A stretch of DNA of 64,000 nucleotides from the IMG/VR virus record IMGVR_UViG_3300027857_000006, positions 1,907-65,906 of that record; one strand, 5' to 3'. This DNA is from a virus. Taxonomy: Duplodnaviria; Caudoviricetes. Positions 54,511 through 62,808 of this stretch are shown here, in pieces (position 1 is the stretch's first letter; every line of letters starts with the position of its first letter). The position numbers and the translations under genes are program-made. The notes beneath the pieces are model-generated. The model did no database searches. It had not been told where the DNA came from and saw only the letters and a program-made list of their open reading frames with translations.

Positions 54511-54859
54511 ACGCAGCGACGTCGTGTCGGTCGACGTCATGTACCAGCTACTGGACCGTGACGAGCCCGGTACCCTGCGACGCCTCGTAGAGGCCGGTGA
54601 CCTGCCGGGGCTTGGTCACGTTCTTTGTTACGGGGTACTCCTGCCAGCCGGCAGGGAGTACGGAACCAGGGACCAGCGTCGTCAGTGGATCGAGTGTCAG
54701 CGTTCCTGCAAGGTTCGACACGACGCGGCCAGGGCCGTGTTGGAACTAGTGCGAGACGAAGTCTCGCTCGTGCGCTTCGTACGCTGGGTTAAGAGACGTC
54801 GCGGGTACGGTAAGCTGCTGCGGCGTCTGGTGGCCGAGTGGCATAAGGAGAACTCGTGA
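54503..54859 (+). CDS. Hypothetical protein
   Basis: Coupled ORF. Confidence 0.55.
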   Translation: MSERSDVVSVDVMYQLLDRDEPGTLRRLVEAGDLPGLGHVLCYGVLLPAGREYGTRDQRRQWIECQRSCKVRHDAARAVLELVRDEVSLVRFVRWVKRRRGYGKLLRRLVAEWHKENS

Positions 54860-54968
54860 AGACACTTTGGCGGTTTATGCAGCGTGTTGCTGGCTACTGC
54901 CCTGACTGTAAGGTGCGTTGTGGCAGGTTGTCCGCGTGCCTTCTGTGTGGCTTCAAAAGGTGGGACGG

Positions 54969-55871
54969 TTGAACTACGACGAGCTACTGGCTGCGCTCGA
55001 CTGGGACAAGGTTATCGAGGCGGTTCACGGGGTTCCGCTGAAGCAGCACGACTACGGTGACGTGGCCGGGATGCTGCTGTCGTCGGTGAAAAAGTGGGGC
55101 GTTAAGGACTACAACACCCTGGCCGACATCAAGGTCGAGCAGCGCTTTGTGATGGAGATACCGTCACTGACTGCTCACCTTGGTGTAAGCAGCGCCGAGA
55201 GTCGATCCTACGGCTCGTCGGCCATCAAGGGTTTCATTGATCTGGACGGCTTCCGGACAACCCACGACGGGAAGCTCGACGCCGTTGAGGTAATCGACTG
55301 GAAGACGGTCGGCTCTATCACTCCCGAGAAGAAGCTTAACCAGTCGCTGTCGTGGCAGGGTAGAATCTACGCGGTTGCTCGCGGCGCGTCTCGCTACACC
55401 TACCGGCTGGTGCAGCGTGACGGTCGAACGGCCGAAGTCAGCTCGAACTGGCCCGAGCCGTTCTATACCGAGGATGACGTTCGCGAGTACCTGACCGAGA
55501 CGGTGGCCGCCAGACAGGACGAGCAGGGACGCCATCGGGTCGAAAAGCTCGGAGGCGTGGCCATCACGCCCTGGCGGCGTAATATGCCAGGGGCCTGCGG
55601 TGCCTTCGGACGACCGTGCGAGCACCTGGAGCTTTGCGCCGTGACCAATAGCGCACCGCGCCGGCCGTTGGCGCTGGGGCCGCTATCCCATAGCTCCTGC
55701 GAGACGTTTAACCTGTGCCGGGAACGCTATCGGCTGGACGAGCTGAAAAAGGCCGAGGACGTGGCAGCCGGTCGTGAAACCTTTTACGACGTTGAAGCAT
55801 CTAGTACACTAGGGGTCTCTTTCCATGCCGGGGCAGCCGAAGCCTGGCGTCAGATAGGGAGTTTACGATGA
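54969..55871 (+). CDS. PD-(D/E)XK Cas4/AddB-like exonuclease, circularly permuted
   Basis: VE..F, KGFIDL, VIDWKT, Q..IY, C-x6-C-x5-C, then LSHSS..TF.LC and G.SFH at the C-terminus. Confidence 0.78.
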   Translation: MNYDELLAALDWDKVIEAVHGVPLKQHDYGDVAGMLLSSVKKWGVKDYNTLADIKVEQRFVMEIPSLTAHLGVSSAESRSYGSSAIKGFIDLDGFRTTHDGKLDAVEVIDWKTVGSITPEKKLNQSLSWQGRIYAVARGASRYTYRLVQRDGRTAEVSSNWPEPFYTEDDVREYLTETVAARQDEQGRHRVEKLGGVAITPWRRNMPGACGAFGRPCEHLELCAVTNSAPRRPLALGPLSHSSCETFNLCRERYRLDELKKAEDVAAGRETFYDVEASSTLGVSFHAGAAEAWRQIGSLR

Positions 55872-56089
55872 GTACCACAAGCGAGTTTCGCGCTCTACAA
55901 CCATACCAACAGAGGGTTCTTGATGAGCGCCTGGAGTTGGAAGATAGAATAGAGAAGCTTGGTGTCTTTCTAATGGCACCCGGAACGCCGTCTAAATTAG
56001 GTCCAGAGGAGATGGACCGTCTTAATCACCAGTACGTTTTAATGGTCGGATATTGGCTGGTTCTCGACGAAAGGATAGGTGCCTTCTGA
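55868..56089 (+). CDS. Small helical phage protein (crAss001_48-like)
   Basis: QQRV.DE..EL..RI.KL..F...L..Q...M..Y..VL.ERI. Confidence 0.65.
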   Translation: MSTTSEFRALQPYQQRVLDERLELEDRIEKLGVFLMAPGTPSKLGPEEMDRLNHQYVLMVGYWLVLDERIGAF

Positions 56090-56289
56090 TGACAGTTGTA
56101 CGAGTTCTTGTTATGAAGGGTGACGAGAAGTGGGTCAAGGGTACTTTGGAGCGGTGCGTAGCTCGACCTGAGAGGTCGTTTACACCTGGCCCCGGTAGAT
56201 CGATCACCGAGGTTTACCGAACAGTGTCGGAAGGCGACGAGGCGGTCGTTGACTACGAGTCGCTTAACGAAGCGCTGGAGTCTTTTTGA
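56089..56289 (+). CDS. Hypothetical protein
   Basis: TGATG coupling. Confidence 0.5.
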   Translation: MTVVRVLVMKGDEKWVKGTLERCVARPERSFTPGPGRSITEVYRTVSEGDEAVVDYESLNEALESF

Positions 56290-56498
56290 AGACACCGACC
56301 GACACCGAGATCCTTGACTGGATCGAGAAGCAAGGGAACGGCGACAAGTGGGTTGCTCGTCAGAGCGTCACAGGACGTGGATTTAGGTTACATAATACGT
56401 CGGGAGAGGGCTGGGGATGGTTGCCCGTAGGCGGCTACCGGACAGCGCGTGAAGCGGCCATAGCCGCGATGGAGGAAAGTGAACGAAACCGAAATTAA
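56286..56498 (+). CDS. Hypothetical protein
   Basis: D.E.LDW...REA..AAM motif. Confidence 0.6.
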   Translation: MKTPTDTEILDWIEKQGNGDKWVARQSVTGRGFRLHNTSGEGWGWLPVGGYRTAREAAIAAMEESERNRN

Positions 56499-57396
56499 GC
56501 AGGCAGCGTTGAAGGTCGCTCCAAAGGGCAAGAAGTCGCTGAAAGCTACTACCCTCGTGGATACCGGCTGGTACAAGCTTCTCTTGCAGGGACCGACCGG
56601 TAGCGGAAAGACACGCACGGTGGCCGAGGCGTTGCAAACGGTCAACGTAGCCGGTCAGCCGACAAAGGTCTTTGTGGCCAGCACCGACATCGGCGGAAAC
56701 GGTCTGTCGTCGGTCCGCGACCGGTTGCAGGCCGTAGGTCGCGAGGATCTACTGGCCAACGTGTGCTACGTGGACTTCGACGACTACGAGACCTTTGCAG
56801 CGTTTACTAGCGGTACTTTGGTCCCTGAGGTAGACGGAAAGCCACTCTGGGAGTGGGACCCGGACCTGCTGGTTCACGACGGCTTCGCCAACTTCCAGGA
56901 GAGCCACATCTGGCGCTACGTCATGGACATTGCGCCGATAGCTAAGGACAGTACGGAGGCCCGCGACGAGGGGGTCCAGGCTTCACTGGTCGAGTGGGGT
57001 CAGATCCGACGCTGCTCGCTGCTCTGCATCGACCAGTTTAACCGGCTCAAGAACCCGTTGACCGGCAAGACGCCGTCCAAGATCACGACCGTGCTGCTGG
57101 ACGACGGCAAGGAGGACAAGTTCACCCACGAGACCAAGCGTGGTCCGCTGGTAATCGGTGCCGCCCGATCCTATATGCCGGCGGCCTTCGACTACATCGT
57201 GACTCTTAAGGCGATCACTAGGCCGGGGTCGAAGACCCCGGAGTACAGTTACACGTGCGATGTAGGCGGCCGGGCGGTCGCCAAGCAGCGGGGCGGCGAG
57301 TTCCGCAAGCTTCCCGAGGCGGCTATGAAGGGGGCCGACTTCAAGACACTATGGCAATTTCTAACGCAGCCTCCAAGCGAGGCCGAGGTAAAGTAA
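56479..57396 (+). CDS. AAA_24 / Sak4-like ATPase (recombinase)
   Basis: GPTGSGKT Walker A, VHDG Walker B, AAFDYI, AKQR; next to the exonuclease. Confidence 0.75.
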   Translation: MNETEIKQAALKVAPKGKKSLKATTLVDTGWYKLLLQGPTGSGKTRTVAEALQTVNVAGQPTKVFVASTDIGGNGLSSVRDRLQAVGREDLLANVCYVDFDDYETFAAFTSGTLVPEVDGKPLWEWDPDLLVHDGFANFQESHIWRYVMDIAPIAKDSTEARDEGVQASLVEWGQIRRCSLLCIDQFNRLKNPLTGKTPSKITTVLLDDGKEDKFTHETKRGPLVIGAARSYMPAAFDYIVTLKAITRPGSKTPEYSYTCDVGGRAVAKQRGGEFRKLPEAAMKGADFKTLWQFLTQPPSEAEVK

Positions 57397-57397
57397 G

Positions 57398-57637
57398 ATG
57401 CAGGGAAAGATAGTGGAAGCACAAGATCAGAGCGCTACCTTCGAATCCCTAAATAAGGGCACGTTCTTCGTGAGGGGTAGCGAGCGTGTTGGCAATGACA
57501 CGATTCCTCGTTTGAAGGTGAGCAATACCGATTGGTTCGACTTCGACCCGAAACGCGGTGTGGGTATCTACAATTGGAATCCAGGACCGGTCTTAGCCGT
57601 AAAGCCAATTGGTCTATCGTGGGAGGTGGTTCGGTGA
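57398..57637 (+). CDS. Hypothetical protein
   Basis: GAGGT RBS. Confidence 0.55.
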   Translation: MQGKIVEAQDQSATFESLNKGTFFVRGSERVGNDTIPRLKVSNTDWFDFDPKRGVGIYNWNPGPVLAVKPIGLSWEVVR

Positions 57638-58737
57638 TCAAGTCTTCCTACGTACCTTCGATTACAACCTACGGACTGGCTGACCGCCTTAAGGTAGCCA
57701 CGGAACCACCGGTAAAGCCGGTCGATCACATCGCTGTCTTGATGGACAGCAGCGGCTCGATGAAGTCCTACACCAACGAGGCCTTCGACTCGCTGTCGAA
57801 GCAGTTTGACGGCATCCGAAAGCTCCAAGGGGACCCGTCGCGGGACACCTTCCTGTCGTACTACACGTTCGGGACGCAAAGCTCGGTCAAGCGTCTTCGC
57901 TTCACGGAGAGGTACAGTGACCCGATTCAACGGCACGAGTACCACCCAGACGGCGGTACGCCGCTTTACGACGCCCTGGGACGAGCGATCACCGACCTGT
58001 CTCCACTGGACGACAGCCGTGGCGATAAGAGCTTCCTGGTGATCCTGATCACGGACGGCATGGAGAACCAAAGCTACGAGTGGTCGCTTAGCTGGAGGGG
58101 CAGGCGCGTCGACACGGCCGTCCAGGAGAAGCAGAAGCAGGGTAACTGGACCTTTGTTCTCCTCGGTCCCGCCGGGATTTTAAATCTGGCCGTCTCTCTT
58201 GGAGTACCCAGTGGTAACGTGTCCCAGTGGAATCCAAGCGACCGTACCGAGTACGCCAGGACCGCCCAGCAGAACGTAAACGCAACCCAGTCGTACGTCA
58301 CGTTACGGGCTGCCGGTGCCCGGTCGGTTGGGACCTTCTACACTGACCTTTCCAAGGTCAGTGAGTCGGAGGTGCGACGGGCTTTGCCCGAGGTTACCGA
58401 CCAGTACAAAAGATGGACGGTCGACAAGGAGATGGACATCGGCCTCTTCGTCCCCGGAAAGACCGGCAGGCCCTTCGAGAAGGGCAGGACCTTCTATCAG
58501 TTGACCAAGACCGAGGCACGGGTCCAACCGGACAAGGAGATCGTTCTCCAGGACAAAGCAACCAAGAAGCTCTACGGCGGTTCGCCGTCCGACGTACGAC
58601 ACACGCTGGGCCTCCCGAACGGCGGTTCTACAGTTCGCTTGAAGCCAGGTAATCACGCCGGTTGGAACCTGTTCATCCAAAGCAAAAGTGATAACCGCAA
58701 GCTTGTCCGAGGCAGTGAGGTTTTATGGAGGAAGTAG
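57634..58737 (+). CDS. vWA domain protein with conserved C-terminal domain
   Basis: DSSGSM, GGTPLYDA, LITDGMEN.S; G..FYQLTK.E..Q..K, FIQS.S.NRKL. Confidence 0.88.
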   Translation: MIKSSYVPSITTYGLADRLKVATEPPVKPVDHIAVLMDSSGSMKSYTNEAFDSLSKQFDGIRKLQGDPSRDTFLSYYTFGTQSSVKRLRFTERYSDPIQRHEYHPDGGTPLYDALGRAITDLSPLDDSRGDKSFLVILITDGMENQSYEWSLSWRGRRVDTAVQEKQKQGNWTFVLLGPAGILNLAVSLGVPSGNVSQWNPSDRTEYARTAQQNVNATQSYVTLRAAGARSVGTFYTDLSKVSESEVRRALPEVTDQYKRWTVDKEMDIGLFVPGKTGRPFEKGRTFYQLTKTEARVQPDKEIVLQDKATKKLYGGSPSDVRHTLGLPNGGSTVRLKPGNHAGWNLFIQSKSDNRKLVRGSEVLWRK

Positions 58738-58880
58738 TTCTACTGTGCGTCTTGGCGGTTATCGTTGTGGTTGGCCTGTGCAAGATAATCGACCTCTTTA
58801 GTAGACCGCCTGGTGGACCGCCTGACGACTGGGACGATTACGGTTTCTAGGTAGGCGCAACCAGCGCCCGAGGTAGCAAA

Positions 58881-59288
58881 GTGAGTACAATAGCAACAAA
58901 GACGCTCTTTCCATGGCTCGATGCCGTTTCCAATGGAAGCGGTAAGGCAACATTGCGCCCGAACGCGGTTACAGCACCGACACCGGTGTTCAAAAACACT
59001 GAGCCACTGGCTAGGACCTCCGACCCGGCGACGTCCAAGTCGGCAGCCGCGACCTACACGGCCAGTGGCCAGCGCGGTACCGACAAGTCACGTTTGCTGG
59101 GATGGCTCAAGGCCAACGGGGCGAAGAACGGCATGACGAGCCACGAGATTGCGTCGCACGGTGTCTTTGCGCACCCGACCGTTCACAAGAGGCTTCCCGA
59201 TCTTCGTCGCGATGGACTTGTGGTCAACGGACCAGCCAGGACCTGTACGGTGACAGGTCGCTCGTCTTTGACGTGGAAAGCGGCTTGA
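58881..59288 (+). CDS. Winged-helix DNA-binding protein
   Basis: ARTSDPATS, T.HEI, KRL.DL...G.V, R.C..TGR....W. Confidence 0.75.
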   Translation: MSTIATKTLFPWLDAVSNGSGKATLRPNAVTAPTPVFKNTEPLARTSDPATSKSAAATYTASGQRGTDKSRLLGWLKANGAKNGMTSHEIASHGVFAHPTVHKRLPDLRRDGLVVNGPARTCTVTGRSSLTWKAA

Positions 59289-59404
59289 CTTAGCCGCACT
59301 CTAGCGCTAAGCTAAGCTCGTTAGGTAACCAGGCCACCTTCGAGGCCTGGACGTACCGGTAGCGGTCCAGGGTGACAAGTACCGGAAAAGAGAACACAAA
59401 CAAA

Positions 59405-60142
59405 GTGGGTTTTGGAAAAACAGGAGCACAAGTAAAGCCGAACCGTGTGTGTATCGGAACCATCGGTACCATCGGTCCGGTGGTCAAGTCGAAGAAGGAC
59501 GGTTCGCCCTACTTCTACGAGGAGATCAAGATCAAGAAGCAGGCCGACGGCGTGGACAACAAGGTTCTCCTGATGTGGGCACCCGAGTGGTTCCAGGCCA
59601 AGTTCGCCGACCCGAAGTCTTTCAAGGGTGCCATGGATGAGTGGTGCAAGGCCAATCCGCGCGTGGTCGAGAATGAGGACGGAACTACCGAGGAGAAGGA
59701 CGGCAGCACCTTCGTCTTCGAGAAGAATATCAGCGCCAAGACCAAGAAGGACACTTCCTTCCTGGAGGGGTTAAGCGGCTCGTCCGAACCGTGGGAAGAG
59801 ATCCAGAAGGCTCTGACCAACGAAGATCGCCAGAAAACCAGCGACGAAGTCCACGAGATCATCAAGGACTTCTTGGAGAACCTGGGGCCTGTCCCCTTTC
59901 TCTACGTTCTGAAACAGCAGAAGCAGGACGGTGTTCTCGACGACTTCTACGAGGTCGACGAGATCCGCTGGCTGACCGAGAAGAACCTGAAGCTGTACGT
60001 CAATAAGGCCGAGTACGCGGCTAAGGCCATCGCGTCAGGAAAGCCCAAGGCCGGTGCTCCGTGGAAGTTCACCTTCGACCCGACCGACTTTGGCTTCGAC
60101 GTGAAGCTGCCGGCGGACGCCGAGCCGGCTTGGGTGGCGTAA
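59405..60142 (+). CDS. Putative ssDNA-binding/replication protein
   Basis: Strongly biased codons, acidic-aromatic C-terminus (DAEPAWVA), recombination context; function inferred. Confidence 0.5.
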   Translation: MGFGKTGAQVKPNRVCIGTIGTIGPVVKSKKDGSPYFYEEIKIKKQADGVDNKVLLMWAPEWFQAKFADPKSFKGAMDEWCKANPRVVENEDGTTEEKDGSTFVFEKNISAKTKKDTSFLEGLSGSSEPWEEIQKALTNEDRQKTSDEVHEIIKDFLENLGPVPFLYVLKQQKQDGVLDDFYEVDEIRWLTEKNLKLYVNKAEYAAKAIASGKPKAGAPWKFTFDPTDFGFDVKLPADAEPAWVA

Positions 60143-60292
60143 CGAGTTCCAGCGCACCGGCGTAGACCGGTTAAGCGAGGACGGAGTTGGTCGCCGTGAG
60201 GTTCAAGCGCACCGCGTTGAGTCGGAGAGCGATGGGCACGACCCCGCGCAGGTTACGGTTATCGCCTGAATGTTCACCAGAGTCTAATAGCT

Positions 60293-60423
60293 GGACCGAA
60301 TCCCCAGCGGGTCTGGGGTACGTCGGAACACACAGTAGACGTTAAACAGCGTGCCAAGGGGCTGGCACTCCCCAAAACTGCTCGTGGTAACAACGCGGGC
60401 CGGTACGTTAAACCGGTCCAACA
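60293..60423 (+). ncRNA. Structured tRNA-like RNA
   Basis: GGACCG/CGGTCC-A closing stem as in 53630; several internal hairpins. Confidence 0.4.
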
Positions 60424-60432
60424 AGTTCTCTT

Positions 60433-60506
60433 GGCTGGCAAGTGAACCGGCGTCACGTCGGGCTCATAACCCGAAAAGCAGGGTTCAACTCCCTGGCTAG
60501 CAAACA
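60433..60506 (+). tRNA. Initiator tRNA-fMet (CAT)
   Basis: TCGGG-CTCATAA-CCCGA with three G-C pairs, unpaired 1:72, CAGGG-TTCAACT-CCCTG. Confidence 0.8.
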
Positions 60507-60538
60507 GTTTCTTGGAATTGGTCAACCGCAAGGTAATA

Positions 60539-60643
60539 GCAGGAAAGCCGTGCATGTAGGGAGAAAATAAACCCCGAACACTCGAAGGCCACGAGTGACT
60601 AACGGCCTTGGGCACACTGCGTGAAGCCGGCCCCCTGCAACCA
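60539..60643 (+). ncRNA. CCA-ended RNA with an H-type pseudoknot
   Basis: GCAGG/CCTGC-AACCA; CACTCG/CGAGTG stem whose AAGGCC loop can pair with downstream GGCCTT. Confidence 0.45.
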
Positions 60644-60648
60644 GTCGT

Positions 60649-60754
60649 GACGCCGTAGTTTAACGGAAAAACGGGGTCGGGTAAGGCGTGTAGGGCGACG
60701 GTCCGATAGTCCGGCCTGGCTGCGACTTCCCCGTTCGAGTCGGGGGCGGCGTCA
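60649..60754 (+). tRNA. tRNA-like RNA with an enlarged anticodon arm and no assignable anticodon
   Basis: GACGCCG/CGGCGTC-A acceptor, GTTT/AAAC D stem, CCCCG-TTCGAGT-CGGGG T arm. Confidence 0.6.
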
Positions 60755-61018
60755 AGTTTTTCTGCCAAGGTGTGAAAGCAACGCGGTAAAAGTGCTGCAC
60801 ACGACGTTGGCGACGGGGTAAGTCGGTCCAATTCTCCTAGAGCTACCTGGGCCGGGCGTCGGGTCCACGGTGGAGAAGCGGGATTCCGTGGTGGCAGAGT
60901 ATGTCTTTCTAGTTCGCTTCCTAGGGTGATGGAACTAGACGCGGCAGGTTGCTGAAACGGGCGGCGCGTAAACCGCTCGAAAAGTTTGTCCGACAGGCCA
61001 AGGAGGCAACGTAGTCGC

Positions 61019-61939
61019 ATGATCAGCTACAGCGGCGTAAAACACGGACCCGACACGGTGGAGCAGCCGCCGGTGAGAGACGTTGCTATTGGACTGGCTC
61101 GCTTACCGCGCTGGTGTGGTCAGACCAAGGCACCCTTCTCCGTCTTGCAGCACAGCCTGGTCGCGGCCGACTTGCTACGTCCCCACGGGGTCGAGCTGGA
61201 GCTGGCCGGCCTGACTCACGATTTCGAGGAGGGTCTGGGCTGGGGTGATATATCAAGCTCTCTGAAGCCCGACTCGGTTCGCCACGCGCAGCACCAGCAC
61301 CGGAAGCGCTGGCTGGTCAGCGCGCTTTCGCAGCAAGCGGGTGACTGGCGTCCATTCCGTGTGTCCTTGCTATGGAACCACCCGCTGCTCAAGGAGGCCG
61401 ACCAGGCTTCGGGCGACGCCGAGCGCTACCTGATGATGGACGGCAAGGGTCCACTGGACGAACCGGGGGCGACATCCATGCAGGTCAGAGCCCTGTCGCT
61501 ACTGACTCGCTATGGCTACAGCCAAAGCGGCCTTGCCTGGGACCCGGCCCAGCAGGTCCAGTACCTTGTCAGCGAGTTCGAGAGGTTACAACGTGAACTG
61601 TACGCTTTGTGGTCGACAACACCCGGGCTTCTGCTCGGCACCGTGGCCAGTGTGCCGACCGGGGGCCAAGGGCCTGACTCTGCGGGTAGTCCTGCCGAAC
61701 ACCCGGACCGACCGGCCACAGCGAGAGGTGTCCTGGGACGAGTGGTCGACGCTGCAACCGGTGACCAGGAGAGCGAACGCGTCAGCGCTCGGGTCGTCGG
61801 CATCGACCGGTCTCCCTACTTCCGTTGCTCCGAAGTGTCCTACGACGGCGTCCCGGCCGACCAGTGTTCCTCCTGCGGTGCCTGGTACGACCACGGAAGC
61901 GAGCACGCGTGTCACCCCGAGGCAGGGGGAGCTGCTTAA
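61019..61939 (+). CDS. YfbR-like HD 5'-deoxynucleotidase with C-terminal extension
   Basis: A.GLARL.RW.GQ...FSV.QHS..., LTHDFEE...GDI, KEAD motifs. Confidence 0.8.
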   Translation: MISYSGVKHGPDTVEQPPVRDVAIGLARLPRWCGQTKAPFSVLQHSLVAADLLRPHGVELELAGLTHDFEEGLGWGDISSSLKPDSVRHAQHQHRKRWLVSALSQQAGDWRPFRVSLLWNHPLLKEADQASGDAERYLMMDGKGPLDEPGATSMQVRALSLLTRYGYSQSGLAWDPAQQVQYLVSEFERLQRELYALWSTTPGLLLGTVASVPTGGQGPDSAGSPAEHPDRPATARGVLGRVVDAATGDQESERVSARVVGIDRSPYFRCSEVSYDGVPADQCSSCGAWYDHGSEHACHPEAGGAA

Positions 61940-62196
61940 TGGCTCGTAGACAAGAAGCCCACTTTATCGACCAACAGTTACCGATCATTAACCCAGGACG
62001 ATGCTGCGTTGAGTGCGCTTATTTTTCAGTTGACACCGGATCTCCTGATTACAGTGAGTATACTCCTGGTAGCGCGTTCGACATGGATTGCTCCATGTGT
62101 GTCTGGCAGTATCCAAGCTATGGTTCTGAGGAAGAGTACCGGTTGGCGATCCTATCGGCTTCTAGGTGTAACCAGTTCAAGGATCGTGGCAAATGA
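61939..62196 (+). CDS. Cys-rich hypothetical protein
   Basis: TAATG coupling; C..C...YSE.TPG...C. Confidence 0.6.
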   Translation: MARRQEAHFIDQQLPIINPGRCCVECAYFSVDTGSPDYSEYTPGSAFDMDCSMCVWQYPSYGSEEEYRLAILSASRCNQFKDRGK

Positions 62197-62471
62197 TTAA
62201 ACCCAAAAACCTCCCGAAGATCTCGAAGGACACCGAGTGTTGCGGGAACTTCCGCTGGTTCAACTACACCGGCGAGGTAACGAGACACGCCAAGCCGCGC
62301 TATCCACGGGACGCTGGTGGTTCCTGTGTGTGGCCGCAACCGTTCCAGGTTCTTCCGCAGTCGATTACCAGGGCTCACGCGTTCCAGCGCGCCTACTCCA
62401 GGAACTACTGCCACGCGCTGGACGACGGGCGTGTCTGCCCCACCTGGGAGCCAGGAGAGAACGCGTGCTAA
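62193..62471 (+). CDS. Cys-rich hypothetical protein
   Basis: ATGA coupling. Confidence 0.5.
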   Translation: MIKPKNLPKISKDTECCGNFRWFNYTGEVTRHAKPRYPRDAGGSCVWPQPFQVLPQSITRAHAFQRAYSRNYCHALDDGRVCPTWEPGENAC

Positions 62472-62668
62472 CCAGGGCCCAGGACAACAAGCTGAAGGAG
62501 CTTCAGCGAAAGTCTTCTCACCAGATCCAGGTCGTTGGTGACGACGGTGGTGCAGCCGAGTCGTCCACGGTGGTGTTGAAGCTCGGTTTCCCGGAGTTGT
62601 ACGTCTACGTGGACCGGGACGGGAAGATCCTGCGGACCGAGACGGAAGCGCAACGGGAGCAAGGTTGA
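62465..62668 (+). CDS. Hypothetical protein
   Basis: AGGAG RBS, GTG start. Confidence 0.5.
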   Translation: MLTRAQDNKLKELQRKSSHQIQVVGDDGGAAESSTVVLKLGFPELYVYVDRDGKILRTETEAQREQG

Positions 62669-62674
62669 TGACAA

Positions 62675-62746
62675 GCGGGGGTGGTGCAGTTGGGAGCATT
62701 CCGGTACCCACCGGCGACACCGGTTCAAATCCGGAACCCCGCTCCA
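62675..62746 (+). tRNA. tRNA-Gly(CCC)-like with a truncated anticodon loop
   Basis: GCGGGG/CCCCGC-TCCA, GTGC/GCAT D stem, TTCAAAT T loop, CCGGT-ACCC-ACCGG. Confidence 0.6.
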
Positions 62747-62808
62747 GTTTTACTCTTCGAGAGTACCGGTTTGATAGTGTGCTAAACTCGTAGTGGGAGA
62801 GTGACAAG

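Noticed and set aside
54969-55871. CRISPR-Cas system suggested by the Cas4-like gene
   Set aside because: No repeat-spacer array or other cas genes are visible, and stand-alone Cas4-like exonucleases next to Sak4-like ATPases are ordinary phage recombination modules.
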